The translations under genes and the position numbers were made by a program. Below the pieces are notes generated by a model, which worked only from the letters and a program-made list of their open reading frames with translations, was not told where the DNA came from and ran no database searches. A stretch of 64,000 bases of DNA from Balanoglossus misakiensis (Eukaryota > Animalia > Hemichordata), in contig CM082576.2 of the NCBI GenBank assembly GCA_040954595.2, forward strand, positions 6,575,129 through 6,639,128, in the 5' to 3' direction. Below are positions 21,438 through 35,429 of this stretch, in pieces. The stretch's first letter is position 1, and each line of letters starts with the position of its first letter.

Positions 21438-24400
21438 CGAAAAATAGTCATTTTTGAATGATTTTCATAAGCTATATAACCCATGATTTTGATCAAAAAT
21501 CGAAGAAATTTCGAAATTTCGCAAAGTCGAAAAATCGTCATTTTCGGATGATTTTCATGAGCTATAACCCATGATTTTTATCAAAAATCGGAGATATTTC
21601 GAAATTTCGCAAAGACGAAAAAACGTCATTTTCGGACAATTTTCATGAGCTATACCCATGATTTTGATCAAAAATCGAAGATATTTCGAAATTTCGCAAA
21701 GTCGAAAAATCATCATTTTCGGATGATTTTCATGAGCTATAACCCATGATTTTTATCAAAAATCGAAGAAATTTCGAAATTTCGCAAAGCGGAAAAATCA
21801 TCATTTTCGGATGATTTTCATGAGCTATAACCCATGATTTTTATCAAAAATCGAAGAAATTTCGAAATTTCGCAAAGCGTAAAAATCATCATTTTCGGAT
21901 GATTTTCATGAGCTATAACCCATGATTTTTATCAAAAATCGAAGAAATTTCGAAATTTCGCAAAGCGGAAAAATCATCATTTTCGGAATGATTTTCATGA
22001 GCTATAACCCATGATTTTTATCAAAAAATCGAAGAAATTTCGAAATTTCGCAAAGTCGAAAAATCATCATTTTCGGATGATTTTCATGAGCTATAACCCA
22101 TGATTTTTATGAAAAATCAAAGAAATTTCGAAATCTCGCAAAGGCGAAAAATCTTCATTTTCGGATGATTTTCATGAGCTATAACCCATGATTTTTATCA
22201 AAAATCGAAGATATTTCGAAATTTCGCAAAGACGAAAAATCGTCATTTTCGGACAATTTTCATGAGCTATAACCCATGATTTTGATCAAAAATCGAAGAT
22301 ATTTCGAAATTTCGCAAAGTCAAAAAATCGTCATTTTCGGATGATTTTCATCAGCTATAACCCATGATTTTTATCAAAAATCGAAGAAATTTCGAAATTT
22401 CGCAAAGTCGAAAAATCATCATTTTCGGATGATTTTCACGAGCTATAACCAATGATTTTTATAAAAAATCGAAGAAATTTCGAAATTTCGCAAAGTGGAA
22501 AAATCGTCATTTTCGGATGATTTTCACGAGCTATAACCCATGATTTTTATAAAAAATCGAAGAAATTTCGAAATTTCGCAAAGCGTAAAAATCATCATTT
22601 TCGGATGATTTTCATGAGCTATAACCCATGATTTTTATCAAAAATCGAAGAAATTTCGAAATTTCGCAAAGTCGAAAAATAGTCATTTTCGGATGATTTT
22701 CATGAGCTATAACCCATGATTTTTATCAAAAATCGAAGAAATTTCGAAATTTCGCAAAGTCGAAAAATCGTCATTTTCGGATGATTTTCATGGGCTATAA
22801 CCCATGATTTTTATCAAAAATCGAAGAAATTTCGAAATTTCGCAAAGTCGAAAAATCGTCATTTTCGGATGATTTTCATGGGCTATAACCCATGATTTTT
22901 ATCAAAAATCGAAGAAATTTCGAAATTTCGCAAAGTCGAAAAATCGTCATTTTCGGATGATTTTAATGGGTTATAACCCATGATTTTTATCAAAAATCGA
23001 AGATATTTCGAAATTTCGCAAAGACGAAAAATCGTCATTTCCGGACAATTTTCATGAGCTATAACCCATGATTTTTATCAAAAATCGAAGAAATTTCGAA
23101 ATTTCGCAAAGCGGAAAAATCATTTTCGGATGATTTTCATGAGCTATAACCCATGATTTTTATCAAAAATCGAAGAAATTTCGAAATTTCGCAAAGACGA
23201 AAAATCGTCATTTTCGGACAATTTTCATGAGCTATAACCCATGATTTTGATCAAAAATCGAAGATATTTCGAAATTTCGCAAAGTCAAAAAATCGTCATT
23301 TTCGGATGATTTTCATCAGCTATAACCCATGATTTTTATCAAAAATCGAAGAAATTTCGAAATTTCGCAAAGTCGAAAAATCATCATTTTCGGATGATTT
23401 TCACGAGCTATAACCAATGATTTTTATAAAAAATCGAAGAAATTTCGAAATTTCGCAAAGTGGAAAAATCGTCATTTTCGGATGATTTTCACGAGCTATA
23501 ACCCATGATTTTTATAAAAAATCGAAGAAATTTCGAAATTTCGCAAAGCGTAAAAATCATCATTTTCGGATGATTTTCATGAGCTATAACCCATGATTTT
23601 TATCAAAAATCGAAGAAATTTCGAAATTTCGCAAAGTCGAAAAATAGTCATTTTCGGATGATTTTCATGAGCTATAACCCATGATTTTTATCAAAAATCG
23701 AAGAAATTTCGAAATTTCGCAAAGTCGAAAAATCGTCATTTTCGGATGATTTTCATGGGCTATAACCCATGATTTTTATCAAAAATCGAAGAAATTTCGA
23801 AATTTCGCAAAGTCGAAAAATCGTCATTTTCGGATGATTTTCATGGGCTATAACCCATGATTTTTATCAAAAATCGAAGAAATTTCGAAATTTCGCAAAG
23901 TCGAAAAATCGTCATTTTCGGATGATTTTAATGGGTTATAACCCATGATTTTTATCAAAAATCGAAGATATTTCGAAATTTCGCAAAGACGAAAAATCGT
24001 CATTTCCGGACAATTTTCATGAGCTATAACCCATGATTTTTATCAAAAATCGAAGAAATTTCGAAATTTCGCAAAGCGGAAAAATCATTTTCGGATGATT
24101 TTCATGAGCTATAACCCATGATTTTTATCAAAAATCGAAGAAATTTCGAAATTTCGCAAAGCGTAAAAATCATCATTTTCGGATGATTTTCATGAGCTAT
24201 AACCCATGATTTTTATCAAAAATCGAAGAAATTTCGAAATTTCGCAAAGCGGAAAAATCATCATTTTCGGAATGATTTTCATGAGCTATAACCCATGATT
24301 TTTATCAAAAAATCGAAGAAATTTCGAAATTTCGCAAAGTCGAAAAATCATCATTTTCGGATGATTTTCATGAGCTATAACCCATGATTTTTATGAAAAA

Positions 24401-27400
24401 TCAAAGAAATTTCGAAATCTCGCAAAGGCGAAAAATCTTCATTTTCGGATGATTTTCATGAGCTATAACCCATGATTTTTATCAAAAATCGAAGATATTT
24501 CGAAATTTCGCAAAGACGAAAAATCGTCATTTTCGGACAATTTTCATGAGCTATAACCCATGATTTTGATCAAAAATCGAAGATATTTCGAAATTTCGCA
24601 AAGTCAAAAAATCGTCATTTTCGGATGATTTTCATCAGCTATAACCCATGATTTTTATCAAAAATCGAAGAAATTTCGAAATTTCGCAAAGTCGAAAAAT
24701 CATCATTTTCGGATGATTTTCACGAGCTATAACCAATGATTTTTATAAAAAATCGAAGAAATTTCGAAATTTCGCAAAGTGGAAAAATCGTCATTTTCGG
24801 ATGATTTTCACGAGCTATAACCCATGATTTTTATAAAAAATCGAAGAAATTTCGAAATTTCGCAAAGCGTAAAAATCATCATTTTCGGATGATTTTCATG
24901 AGCTATAACCCATGATTTTTATCAAAAATCGAAGAAATTTCGAAATTTCGCAAAGTCGAAAAATAGTCATTTTCGGATGATTTTCATGAGCTATAACCCA
25001 TGATTTTTATCAAAAATCGAAGAAATTTCGAAATTTCGCAAAGTCGAAAAATCGTCATTTTCGGATGATTTTCATGGGCTATAACCCATGATTTTTATCA
25101 AAAATCGAAGAAATTTCGAAATTTCGCAAAGTCGAAAAATCGTCATTTTCGGATGATTTTCATGGGCTATAACCCATGATTTTTATCAAAAATCGAAGAA
25201 ATTTCGAAATTTCGCAAAGTCGAAAAATCGTCATTTTCGGATGATTTTAATGGGTTATAACCCATGATTTTTATCAAAAATCGAAGATATTTCGAAATTT
25301 CGCAAAGACGAAAAATCGTCATTTCCGGACAATTTTCATGAGCTATAACCCATGATTTTTATCAAAAATCGAAGAAATTTCGAAATTTCGCAAAGCGGAA
25401 AAATCATTTTCGGATGATTTTCATGAGCTATAACCCATGATTTTTATCAAAAATCGAAGATATTTCGAAATTTCGCAAAGTCGAAAAATCGTCATTTTCG
25501 GATGATTTTCATGAGCCATAACCCATGATTTTTATCAAAAATCGAAGAAATTTCGAAATTTCGCAAAGCGGAAAAATCATCATTTTCGGATGATTTTCAT
25601 GAGCTATAACCCATGATTTTTATCAAAAATCGAAGAAATTTCGAAATTTCGCAAAGACGAAAAATCGTCATTTTCGGACAATTTTCATGAGCTATAACCC
25701 ATGATTTTTATCAAAAATCGAAGATATTTCGAAATTTCGCAAAGCGGAAAAATCATCATTTTCGGATGATTTTCATGAGCTATAACCCATGATTTTTATC
25801 AAAAATCGAAGAAATTTCGAAATTTCGCAAAGCGGAAAAATCATCATTTTCGGATGATTTTCATGAGCTATAACCCATGATTTTTATCAAAAATCGAAGA
25901 AATTTCGAAATTTCGCAAAGACGAAAAATCGTCATTTTCGGACAATTTTCATGAGCTATAACCCATGATTTTTATCAAAAATCGAAGATATTTCGAAATT
26001 TCGCAAAGTCAAAAAATTGTCATTTTCGGACGATTTTCATGAGCTATAACCCATGATTTTTATCAAAAATCGAAGAAATTTCGAAATTTCGCAAAGCGGA
26101 AAAATCATCATTTTCGGATGATTTTCATGAGCTATAACCCATGATTTTTATCAAAAATCGAAGAAATTTCGAAATTTTGCAAAGACGAAAAATCGTCATT
26201 TTCGGACAATTTTCATGAGCTATAACCCATGATTTTTATCAAAAATCGAAGAAATTCCGAAATTTCGCAAAGACGAAAAATCGTCATTTTCGGACAATTT
26301 TCATGAGCTATAACCCATGATTTTTATCAAAAATCGAAGATATTTCGAAATTTCGCAAAGTCGAAAAATCGTCATTTTCGGACGATTTTCATGAGCTATA
26401 ACCCATGATTTTTATCAAAAATCGAAGAAATTTCGAAATTTCGCAAAGCGGAAAAATCATCATTTTCGGATGATTTTCATGAGCTATAACCCATGATTTT
26501 TATCAAAAATCGAAGAAATTTCGAAATTTCGCAAAGACGAAAAATCGTCATTTTCGGACAATTTTCATGAGCTATAACCCATGATTTTTATCAAAAATCG
26601 AAGAAATTTCGCAAAGTCGAAAAATCGTCATTTTCGGACGATTTTCATGAGCTATAACCCATGATTTTTATCAAAAATCGAAGAAATTTCGAAATTTCGC
26701 AAAGTCGAAAAAACGTCATTTTCGGATGATTTTCATGAGCTATAACCCATGATATTTCGAAATTTCGCAAAGCGGAAAAATCATCATTTTCGGATGATTT
26801 TCATGAGCTATAACCCATGATTTTTATCAAAAATCGAAGAAATTTCGAAATTTCGCAAAGACGAAAAATCGTGATTTTCGGACAATTTTCATGAGCTATA
26901 ACCCATGATTTTTATGAAAAATCAAAGAAATTTCGAAATCTCGCAAAGGCGAAAAATCTTCATTTTCGGATGATTTTCATGAGCTATAACCCATGATTTT
27001 TATCAAAAATCGAAGATATTTCGAAATTTCGCAAAGACGAAAAATCGTCATTTTCGGACAATTTTCATGAGCTATAACCCATGATTTTGATCAAAAATCG
27101 AAGATATTTCGAAATTTCGCAAAGTCAAAAAATCGTCATTTTCGGATGATTTTCATCAGCTATAACCCATGATTTTTATCAAAAATCGAAGAAATTTCGA
27201 AATTTCGCAAAGTCGAAAAATCATCATTTTCGGATGATTTTCACGAGCTATAACCCATGATTTTTATCAAAAATCGAAGAAATTTCGAAATTTCGCAAAG
27301 TGGAAAAATCGTCATTTTCGGATGATTTTCACGAGCTATAACCCATGATTTTTATAAAAAATCGAAGAAATTTCGAAATTTCGCAAAGCGTAAAAATCAT

Positions 27401-30400
27401 CATTTTCGGATGATTTTCATGAGCTATAACCCATGATTTTTATCAAAAATCGAAGAAATTTCGAAATTTCGCAAAGTCGAAAAATAGTCATTTTCGGATG
27501 ATTTTCATGAGCTATAACCCATGATTTTTATCAAAAATCGAAGAAATTTCGAAATTTCGCAAAGTCGAAAAATCGTCATTTTCGGATGATTTTCATGGGC
27601 TATAACCCATGATTTTTATCAAAAATCGAAGAAATTTCGAAATTTCGCAAAGTCGAAAAATCGTCATTTTCGGATGATTTTCATGGGCTATAACCCATGA
27701 TTTTTATCAAAAATCGAAGAAATTTCGAAATTTCGCAAAGTCGAAAAATCGTCATTTTCGGATGATTTTAATGGGTTATAACCCATGATTTTTATCAAAA
27801 ATCGAAGATATTTCGAAATTTCGCAAAGACGAAAAATCGTCATTTCCGGACAATTTTCATGAGCTATAACCCATGATTTTTATCAAAAATCGAAGAAATT
27901 TCGAAATTTCGCAAAGCGGAAAAATCATTTTCGGATGATTTTCATGAGCTATAACCCATGATTTTTATCAAAAATCGAAGAAATTTTGAAATTTCGCAAA
28001 GCGTAAAAATCATCATTTTCGGATGATTTTCATGAGCTATAACCCATGATTTTTATCAAAAATCGAAGAAATTTCGAAATTGCGCAAAGCGGAAAAATCA
28101 TCATTTTCGGAATGATTTTCATGAGCTATAACCCATGATTTTTATCAAAAAATCGAAGAAATTTCGAAATTTCGCAAAGTCGAAAAATCATCATTTTCGG
28201 ATGATTTTCATGAGCTATAACCCATGATTTTTATGAAAAATCAAAGAAATTTCGAAATCTCGCAAAGGCGAAAAATCTTCATTTTCGGATGATTTTCATG
28301 AGCTATAACCCATGATTTTTATCAAAAATCGAAGATATTTCGAAATTTCGCAAAGACGAAAAATCGTCATTTTCGGACAATTTTCATGAGCTATAACCCA
28401 TGATTTTGATCAAAAATCGAAGATATTTCGAAATTTCGCAAAGTCAAAAAATCGTCATTTTCGGATGATTTTCATCAGCTATAACCCATGATTTTTATCA
28501 AAAATCGAAGAAATTTCGAAATTTCGCAAAGTCGAAAAATCATCATTTTCGGATGATTTTCACGAGCTATAACCAATGATTTTTATAAAAAATCGAAGAA
28601 ATTTCGAAATTTCGCAAAGTGGAAAAATCGTCATTTTCGGACAATTTTCATGAGCTATAACCCATGATTTTGATCAAAAATCGAAGATATTTCGAAATTT
28701 CGCAAAGTCAAAAAATCGTCATTTTCGGATGATTTTCATCAGCTATAACCCATGATTTTTATCAAAAATCGAAGAAATTTCGAAATTTCGCAAAGTCGAA
28801 AAATCATCATTTTCGGATGATTTTCACCAGCTATAACCAATGATTTTTATAAAAAATCGAAGAAATTTCGAAATTTCGCAAAGTGGAAAAATCGTCATTT
28901 TCGGATGATTTTCACGAGCTATAACCCATGATTTTTATAAAAAATCGAAGAAATTTCGAAATTTCGCAAAGCGTAAAAATCATCATTTTCGGATGATTTT
29001 CATGAGCTATAACCCATGATTTTTATCAAAAATCAAAGAAATTTCGAAATTTCGCAAAGTCGAAAAATTGTCATTTTCGGATGATTTTCATGAGCTATAA
29101 CCCATGATTTTTATCAAAAATCGAAGAAATTTCGAAATTTCGCAAAGTCGAAAAATCGTCATTTTCGGATGATTTTCATGGGCTATAACCCATGATTTTT
29201 ATCAAAAATCGAAGAAATTTCGAAATTTCGCAAAGACGAAAAATCGTCATTTTCGGATGATTTTCATGGGCTATAACCCATGATTTTTATCAAAAATCGA
29301 AGAAATTTCGAAATTTCGCAAAGTCGAAAAATCGTCATTTTCGGATGATTTTAATGGGTTATAACCCATGATTTTTATCAAAAATCGAAGATATTTCGAA
29401 ATTTCGCAAAGACGAAAAATCGTCATTTCCGGACAATTTTCATGAGCTATAACCCATGATTTTTATCAAAAATCGAAGAAATTTCGAAATTTCGCAAAGC
29501 GGAAAAATCATTTTCGGATGATTTTCATGAGCTATAACCCATGATTTTTATCAAAAATCGAAGATATTTCGAAATTTCGCAAAGTCGAAAAATCGTCATT
29601 TTCGGATGATTTTCATGAGCCATAACCCATGATTTTTATCAAAAATCGAAGAAATTTCGAAATTTCGCAAAGCGGAAAAATCATCATTTTCGGATGATTT
29701 TCATGAGCTATAACCCATGATTTTTATCAAAAATCGAAGAAATTTCGAAATTTCGCAAAGACGAAAAATCGTCATTTTCGGACAATTTTCATGAGCTATA
29801 ACCCATGATTTTTATCAAAAATCGAAGATATTTCGAAATTTCGCAAAGCGGAAAAATCATCATTTTCGGATGATTTTCATGAGCTATAACCCATGATTTT
29901 TATCAAAAATCGAAGAAATTTCGAAATTTCGCAAAGCGGAAAAATCATCATTTTCGGATGATTTTCATGAGCTATAACCCATGATTTTTATCAAAAATCG
30001 AAGAAATTTCGAAATTTCGCAAAGACGAAAAATCGTCATTTTCGGACAATTTTCATGAGCTATAACCCATGATTTTTATCAAAAATCGAAGATATTTCGA
30101 AATTTCGCAAAGTCAAAAAATTGTCATTTTCGGACGATTTTCATGAGCTATAACCCATGATTTTTATCAAAAATCGAAGAAATTTCGAAATTTCGCAAAG
30201 TCGAAAAATCGTCATTTTCGGACGATTTTCATGAGCTATAACCCATGATTTTTATCAAAAATCGAAGAAATTTCGAAATTTCGCAAAGCGGAAAAATCAT
30301 CATTTTCGGATGATTTTCATGAGCTATAACCCATGATTTTTATCAAAAATCGAAGAAATTTCGAAATTTCGCAAAGACGAAAAATCGTCATTTTCGGACA

Positions 30401-33193
30401 ATTTTCATGAGCTATAACCCATGATTTTTATCAAAAATCGAAGAAATTTCGCAAAGTCGAAAAATCGTCATTTTCGGACGATTTTCATGAGCTATAACCC
30501 ATGATTTTTATCAAAAATCGAAGAAATTTCGAAATTTCGCAAAGTCGAAAAAACGTCATTTTCGGATGATTTTCATGAGCTATAACCCATGATATTTTGA
30601 AATTTCGCAAAGCGGAAAAATCATCATTTTCGTATGATTTTCATGAGCTATAACCCATGATTTTTATCAAAAATCGAAGAAATTTCGAAATTTCGCAAAG
30701 ACGAAAAATCGTCATTTTCGGACAATTTTCATGAGCTATAACCCATGATTTTTATCAAAAATCGAAGAAATTTCGCAAAGTCGAAAAATCGTCATTTTCG
30801 GACGATTTTCATGAGCTATAACCCATGATTTTTATCAAAAATCGAAGAAATTTCGAAATTTCGCAAAGACGAAAAATCGTCATTTTCGGACAATTTTCAT
30901 GAGCTATAACCCATGATTTTTATCAAAAATCGAAGATATTTCGAAATTTCGCAAAGTCAAAAAATTGTCATTTTCGGACGATTTTCATGAGCTATAACCC
31001 ATGATTTTTATCAAAAATCGAAGAAATTTCGAAATTTCGCAAAGCGGAAAAATCATCATTTTCGGATGAATTTCATGAGCTATAACCCATGATTTTTATC
31101 AAAAATCGAAGAAATTTCGAAATTTTGCAAAGACGAAAAATCGTCATTTTCGGACAATTTTCATGAGCTATAACCCATGATTTTTATCAAAAATCGAAGA
31201 AATTTCGCAAAGACGAAAAATCGTCATTTTCGGACAATTTTCATGAGCTATAACCCATGATTTTAATCAAAAATCGAAGATATTTCGAAATTTCGCAAAG
31301 ACGAAAAATCGTCATTTTCGGACAATTTTCATGAGCTATAACCCATGATTTTTATCAAAAATCGAAGAAATTTCGCAAAGTCGAAAAATCGTCATTTTCG
31401 GACGATTTTCATGAGCTATAACCCATGATTTTTATCAAAAATCGAAGAAATTTCGAAATTTCGCAAAGTCGAAAAAACGTCATTTTCGGATGATTTTCAT
31501 GAGCTATAACCCATGATATTTATCAAAAATCGAAGAAATTTCGAAATTTCGCAAAGCGGAAAAATCATCATTTTCGGATGATTTTCATGAGCTATAACCC
31601 ATGATTTTTATCAAAAATCGAAGAAATTTCGAAATTTCGCAAAGACGAAAAATCGTCATTTTCGGATGATTTTCATGAGCTATAACCCATGATATTTATC
31701 AAAAATCGAAGAAATTTCGAAATTTCGCAAAGCGGAAAAATCATCATTTTCGGATGATTTTCATGAGCTATAACCCATGATTTTTATCAAAAATCGAAGA
31801 AATTTCGAAATTTCGCAAAGACGAAAAATCGTCATTTTCGGATGATTTTCATGAGCTATAACCCATGATATTTATCAAAAATCGAAGAAATTTCGAAATT
31901 TCGCAAAGCGGAAAAATCATCATTTTCGGATGATTTTCATGAGCTATAACCCATGATTTTTATCAAAAATCGAAGAAATTTCGAAATTTCGCAAAGACGA
32001 AAAATCGTCATTTTCGGACAATTTTCATGAGCTATAACCCATGATTTTTATCAAAAATCGAAGATATTTCGAAATTTCGCAAAGTCGAAAAATCGTCATT
32101 TTCGGACGATTTTCATGAGCTATAACCCATGATTTTTATCAAAAATCGAAGAAATTTCGCAAAGTCGAAAAATCGTCATTTTCGGACGATTTTCATGAGC
32201 TATAACCCATGATTTTTATCAAAAATCGAAGAAATTTCGAAATTTCGCAAAGACGAAAAATCGTCATTTTCGGACAATTTTCATGAGCTATAACCCATGA
32301 TTTTTATCAAAAATCGAAGATATTTCGAAATTTCGCAAAGTCGAAAAATCGTCATTTTCGGACGATTTTCATGAGCTATAACCCATGATTTTTATCAAAA
32401 ATCGAAGAAATTTCGAAATTTCGCAAAGTCGAAAAAATGTCATTTTCGGATGATTTTCATGAGCTATAACCCATGATATTTATCAAAAATCGAAGAAATT
32501 TCGAAATTTCGCAAAGTCGAAAAATCGTCATTTTCGGATGATTTTAATGGGCTATAACCCATGATTTTTATCAAAAATCGAAGAAATTTCGAAATTTTGC
32601 AAAGTGGAAAAATCATCATTTTCGGATGATTTTCATGAGCTATAACACATGATTTTTGTCAAAAATCGAAGAAATTTCGAAATTTCGCAAAGTCGAAAAA
32701 TCGTCATTTTCGGATGATTTTCATGATTTTTATCAAAAATCGAAGATATTTCGAAATTTCGCAAAGACGAAAAATCGTCATTTTCGGACAATTTTCATGA
32801 GCTATAACCCATGATTTTTATGAAAAATCGAAGATATTTCGAAATTTCGCAAAGTCGAAAAATCGTTATTTTCGGATGATTTTCATGAGCTATAACCCAT
32901 GATTTTTATCAAAAATCGAAGAAATTTCGAAATTTCGCAAAGCGTAAAAATCATAATTTTCGGATGATTTTCATGAGCTATAACCCATGATTTTTATCAA
33001 AAATCGAAGAAATATCGAAATTTCGCAAAGTCGAAAAATCGTCATTTTCGTACAATTTTCATGAGCTATAACCCATGATTTTTATCAAAAATCGAAGATA
33101 TTTCGAAATTTCGCAAAGTCGAAAAATCGTCATTTTCGGACGATTTTCATGAGCTATAACCCATGATTTTTATCAAAAATCGAAGAAATTTCG
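21438..33193 (+). repeat. 88-bp satellite array, about 133 copies, with higher-order structure
   Basis: Consensus TTTTCGGATGATTTTCATGAGCTATAACCCATGATTTTTATCAAAAATCGAAGAAATTTCGAAATTTCGCAAAGTCGAAAAATCGTCA; period 88 (GGATG at 21721 and 21809). Confidence 0.98.
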
Positions 33194-34193
33194 GGTTATA
33201 GCTCATGAAAATCATCCGAAAATGATGATTTTTCCACTTTGCGAAATTTCGAGATTTTTCGATTTTTGATAAAAATCATGGGTTATAGCTCATGAAAATC
33301 ATCCGAAAATGACGATTTTTCGACTTTGCGAAATGTCGAAATTTCTTCATTTTACATAGAAATCATAGGTTATAGCTCACGAAATCATCTGAAAATGATG
33401 ATTTTCCGACTTTGCGAAATTTCGAAATTTCTTCGATTTTTGATAAAAATCATGGGTTATAGCTCATGAAAATCATCCGAAAATGACGATTTTCAGACTT
33501 TGCGAAAATTCAAAATTTCTTCGATTTTTGATAAAAATCATGGGTTATATCTCATGAAAATCATCCGAAAATGACGATTTTTCGACTTTGCGAAATTTCG
33601 AAATATCTTTGATTTTTCATAAAAATCATGGGTTATAGCTCATGAAAATTGTCCGAAAATGACGATTTTTCGTCTTTGCGAAATTTCGAAATATCTTCGA
33701 TTTTTGATAAAAATCATGGGTTATAGCTCATGAAAATCATCTGAAAATGATGATTTTTCGACTTTGCGAAATTTCGAAATTTCTTCGATTTTTGACAAAA
33801 ATCATGGGTTATAGCTCATGAAAATCATCCGAAAACGACGATTTTTCGTCTTTGCGAAATTTCGAAATTTCTTCGATTTTACATAGAAATCATGGGTTAT
33901 AGCCTATGAAAATCATCCGAAAATGACGATTTTTCGACTTTGCGAAATTTCTTCGATTTTTGATAAAAAATCATGGGTTATAGCTCATGAAAATCATCCG
34001 AAAAAGACGATTTTTCGACTTTGCGAAATTTCGAAATTTCTTCGATTTTTGATAAAAATCATGGGTTATAGCTCATGAAAATCATCCGAAAATGACGATT
34101 TTTCGACTTTGCGAAATTTCGAAATTTCTTCGATTTTTGATAAAAATCATGGGTTATAGCTCATGAAAATCATTCGAAAATGACTATTTTTCG
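33193..34193 (-). repeat. Same 88-bp satellite in reverse orientation, about 11 copies
   Basis: Reads GGGTTATAGCTCATGAAAATCATCCGAAAATGA..., the reverse complement of the monomer, starting directly at ...GAAATTTCG|GGTTATAG. Confidence 0.97.
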
Positions 34194-34420
34194 ATGATTA
34201 ATGGAAAAAAGGGCAGCGAGAGAGAGACTTTGTCCCTTTACGTAATCTAACATTATGTACTGGCTTTGTTATCCCGCATTTCGCCATATGGTGCTCCGGC
34301 TAGATTACTTTGCCTACTCAGACAACTTTCTGTTTTGCATTTCCGACATGAAATGGTTTTCTGTGGAGATGAAATGTTCTTATATCAATGCATAATTAGT
34401 TTCAGATTTACTTCATGCTA

Positions 34421-34840
34421 TTTCGCTTTGCTGCCGCCGATTTAAAATGGCGGCGTTTGGGTACTAAATGGTTCTGCTGAAGCGTCACGGTATTGTGCCT
34501 TCCAAGCCGAAATATACAGAACCTAATACGATGTTTGTTGGTTCATACTATAAACAACACACAAATACTGGACCAAATTTTAGATAGATGGCTTGTCACC
34601 GTTTTCTCAGCGAATGTCGATTCAGAGAAAATGTTGCCGAAAAACCCCTTTCAGCAAACACTGAACTTTCTGCTGCAGTAGTGATGTATATAATGGCGCC
34701 CTCAGCGACGTCCGCCAAAGTTTGCCCTCCGCCCCTCCCATCGCTTCCTATTGAAATCACTAATTAGGATTAGGAGCTCAGACACTTAGGTGCATTGCGG
34801 GGGAGCTGGGGGGAACCTGATTAACTATCAAGTCAGGAAA
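34421..34840. mobile_element. 420-bp segment present only in the right arm, probably a nested insertion without TSD
   Basis: The left arm gives the empty site CTTCATGCTA|AACGTTC; the insert has TTTC...GAAA ends and subterminal hairpins GCCGCC-N10-GGCGGC and CCTGA-N12-TCAGG. Confidence 0.65.
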
Positions 34841-35429
34841 AACGTTCTTTTTAAGTGGCGTTCTTACTGTGTTACTGCTATATCTAAACTTTGGCGGACA
34901 CGGAATGCAAATTTAGTACTCAATTTACGTGTTTAGTTTTGACGACCAGAGTATACCTAACAAATAACTAAATTGGATTAAACTTCGCAGGTACTTTGCA
35001 TAGAGTGCAAACTGCTACCTAATTTAAACATTCAAGGACAATTTTTTTTTTCGCCCTGTCTCGGCTTCTGTAGTGTACAAGGATATGGTTACTTGGGAAA
35101 ATAGAAAGAGTACGAACAGACTTTGGATTTGTGGCAACTTTTGACACAATGTTAAACATTTTAGCAAATTCAGAAAACAGGTCCAACTTCCAGAATTTGT
35201 TTCCATGTTTACAGGTGATCTTTCGCCTACTTTAGAATTTCCTGAGCGTCAGTATAGGAAGCAAAGCTCAAGGTCTCAGTTGCTAAGGCCAATTAGGGAA
35301 CAAAATTAGTTTGCCAAAATTTTGACTATTTTTCACCTTCTTTGCATAGGTCAGTATCTATATTGGATGCAAACCTGACGCTGTTTGAGTTTCAATGGGA
35401 CAATCTCAGCATCAAGGCAGGGCTGGGGT

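Noticed and set aside
21438-34193. CRISPR-like array
   Set aside because: Monomers are contiguous with no unique spacers, there are no cas genes, and the context is eukaryotic. The same applies to the 129-bp arrays.
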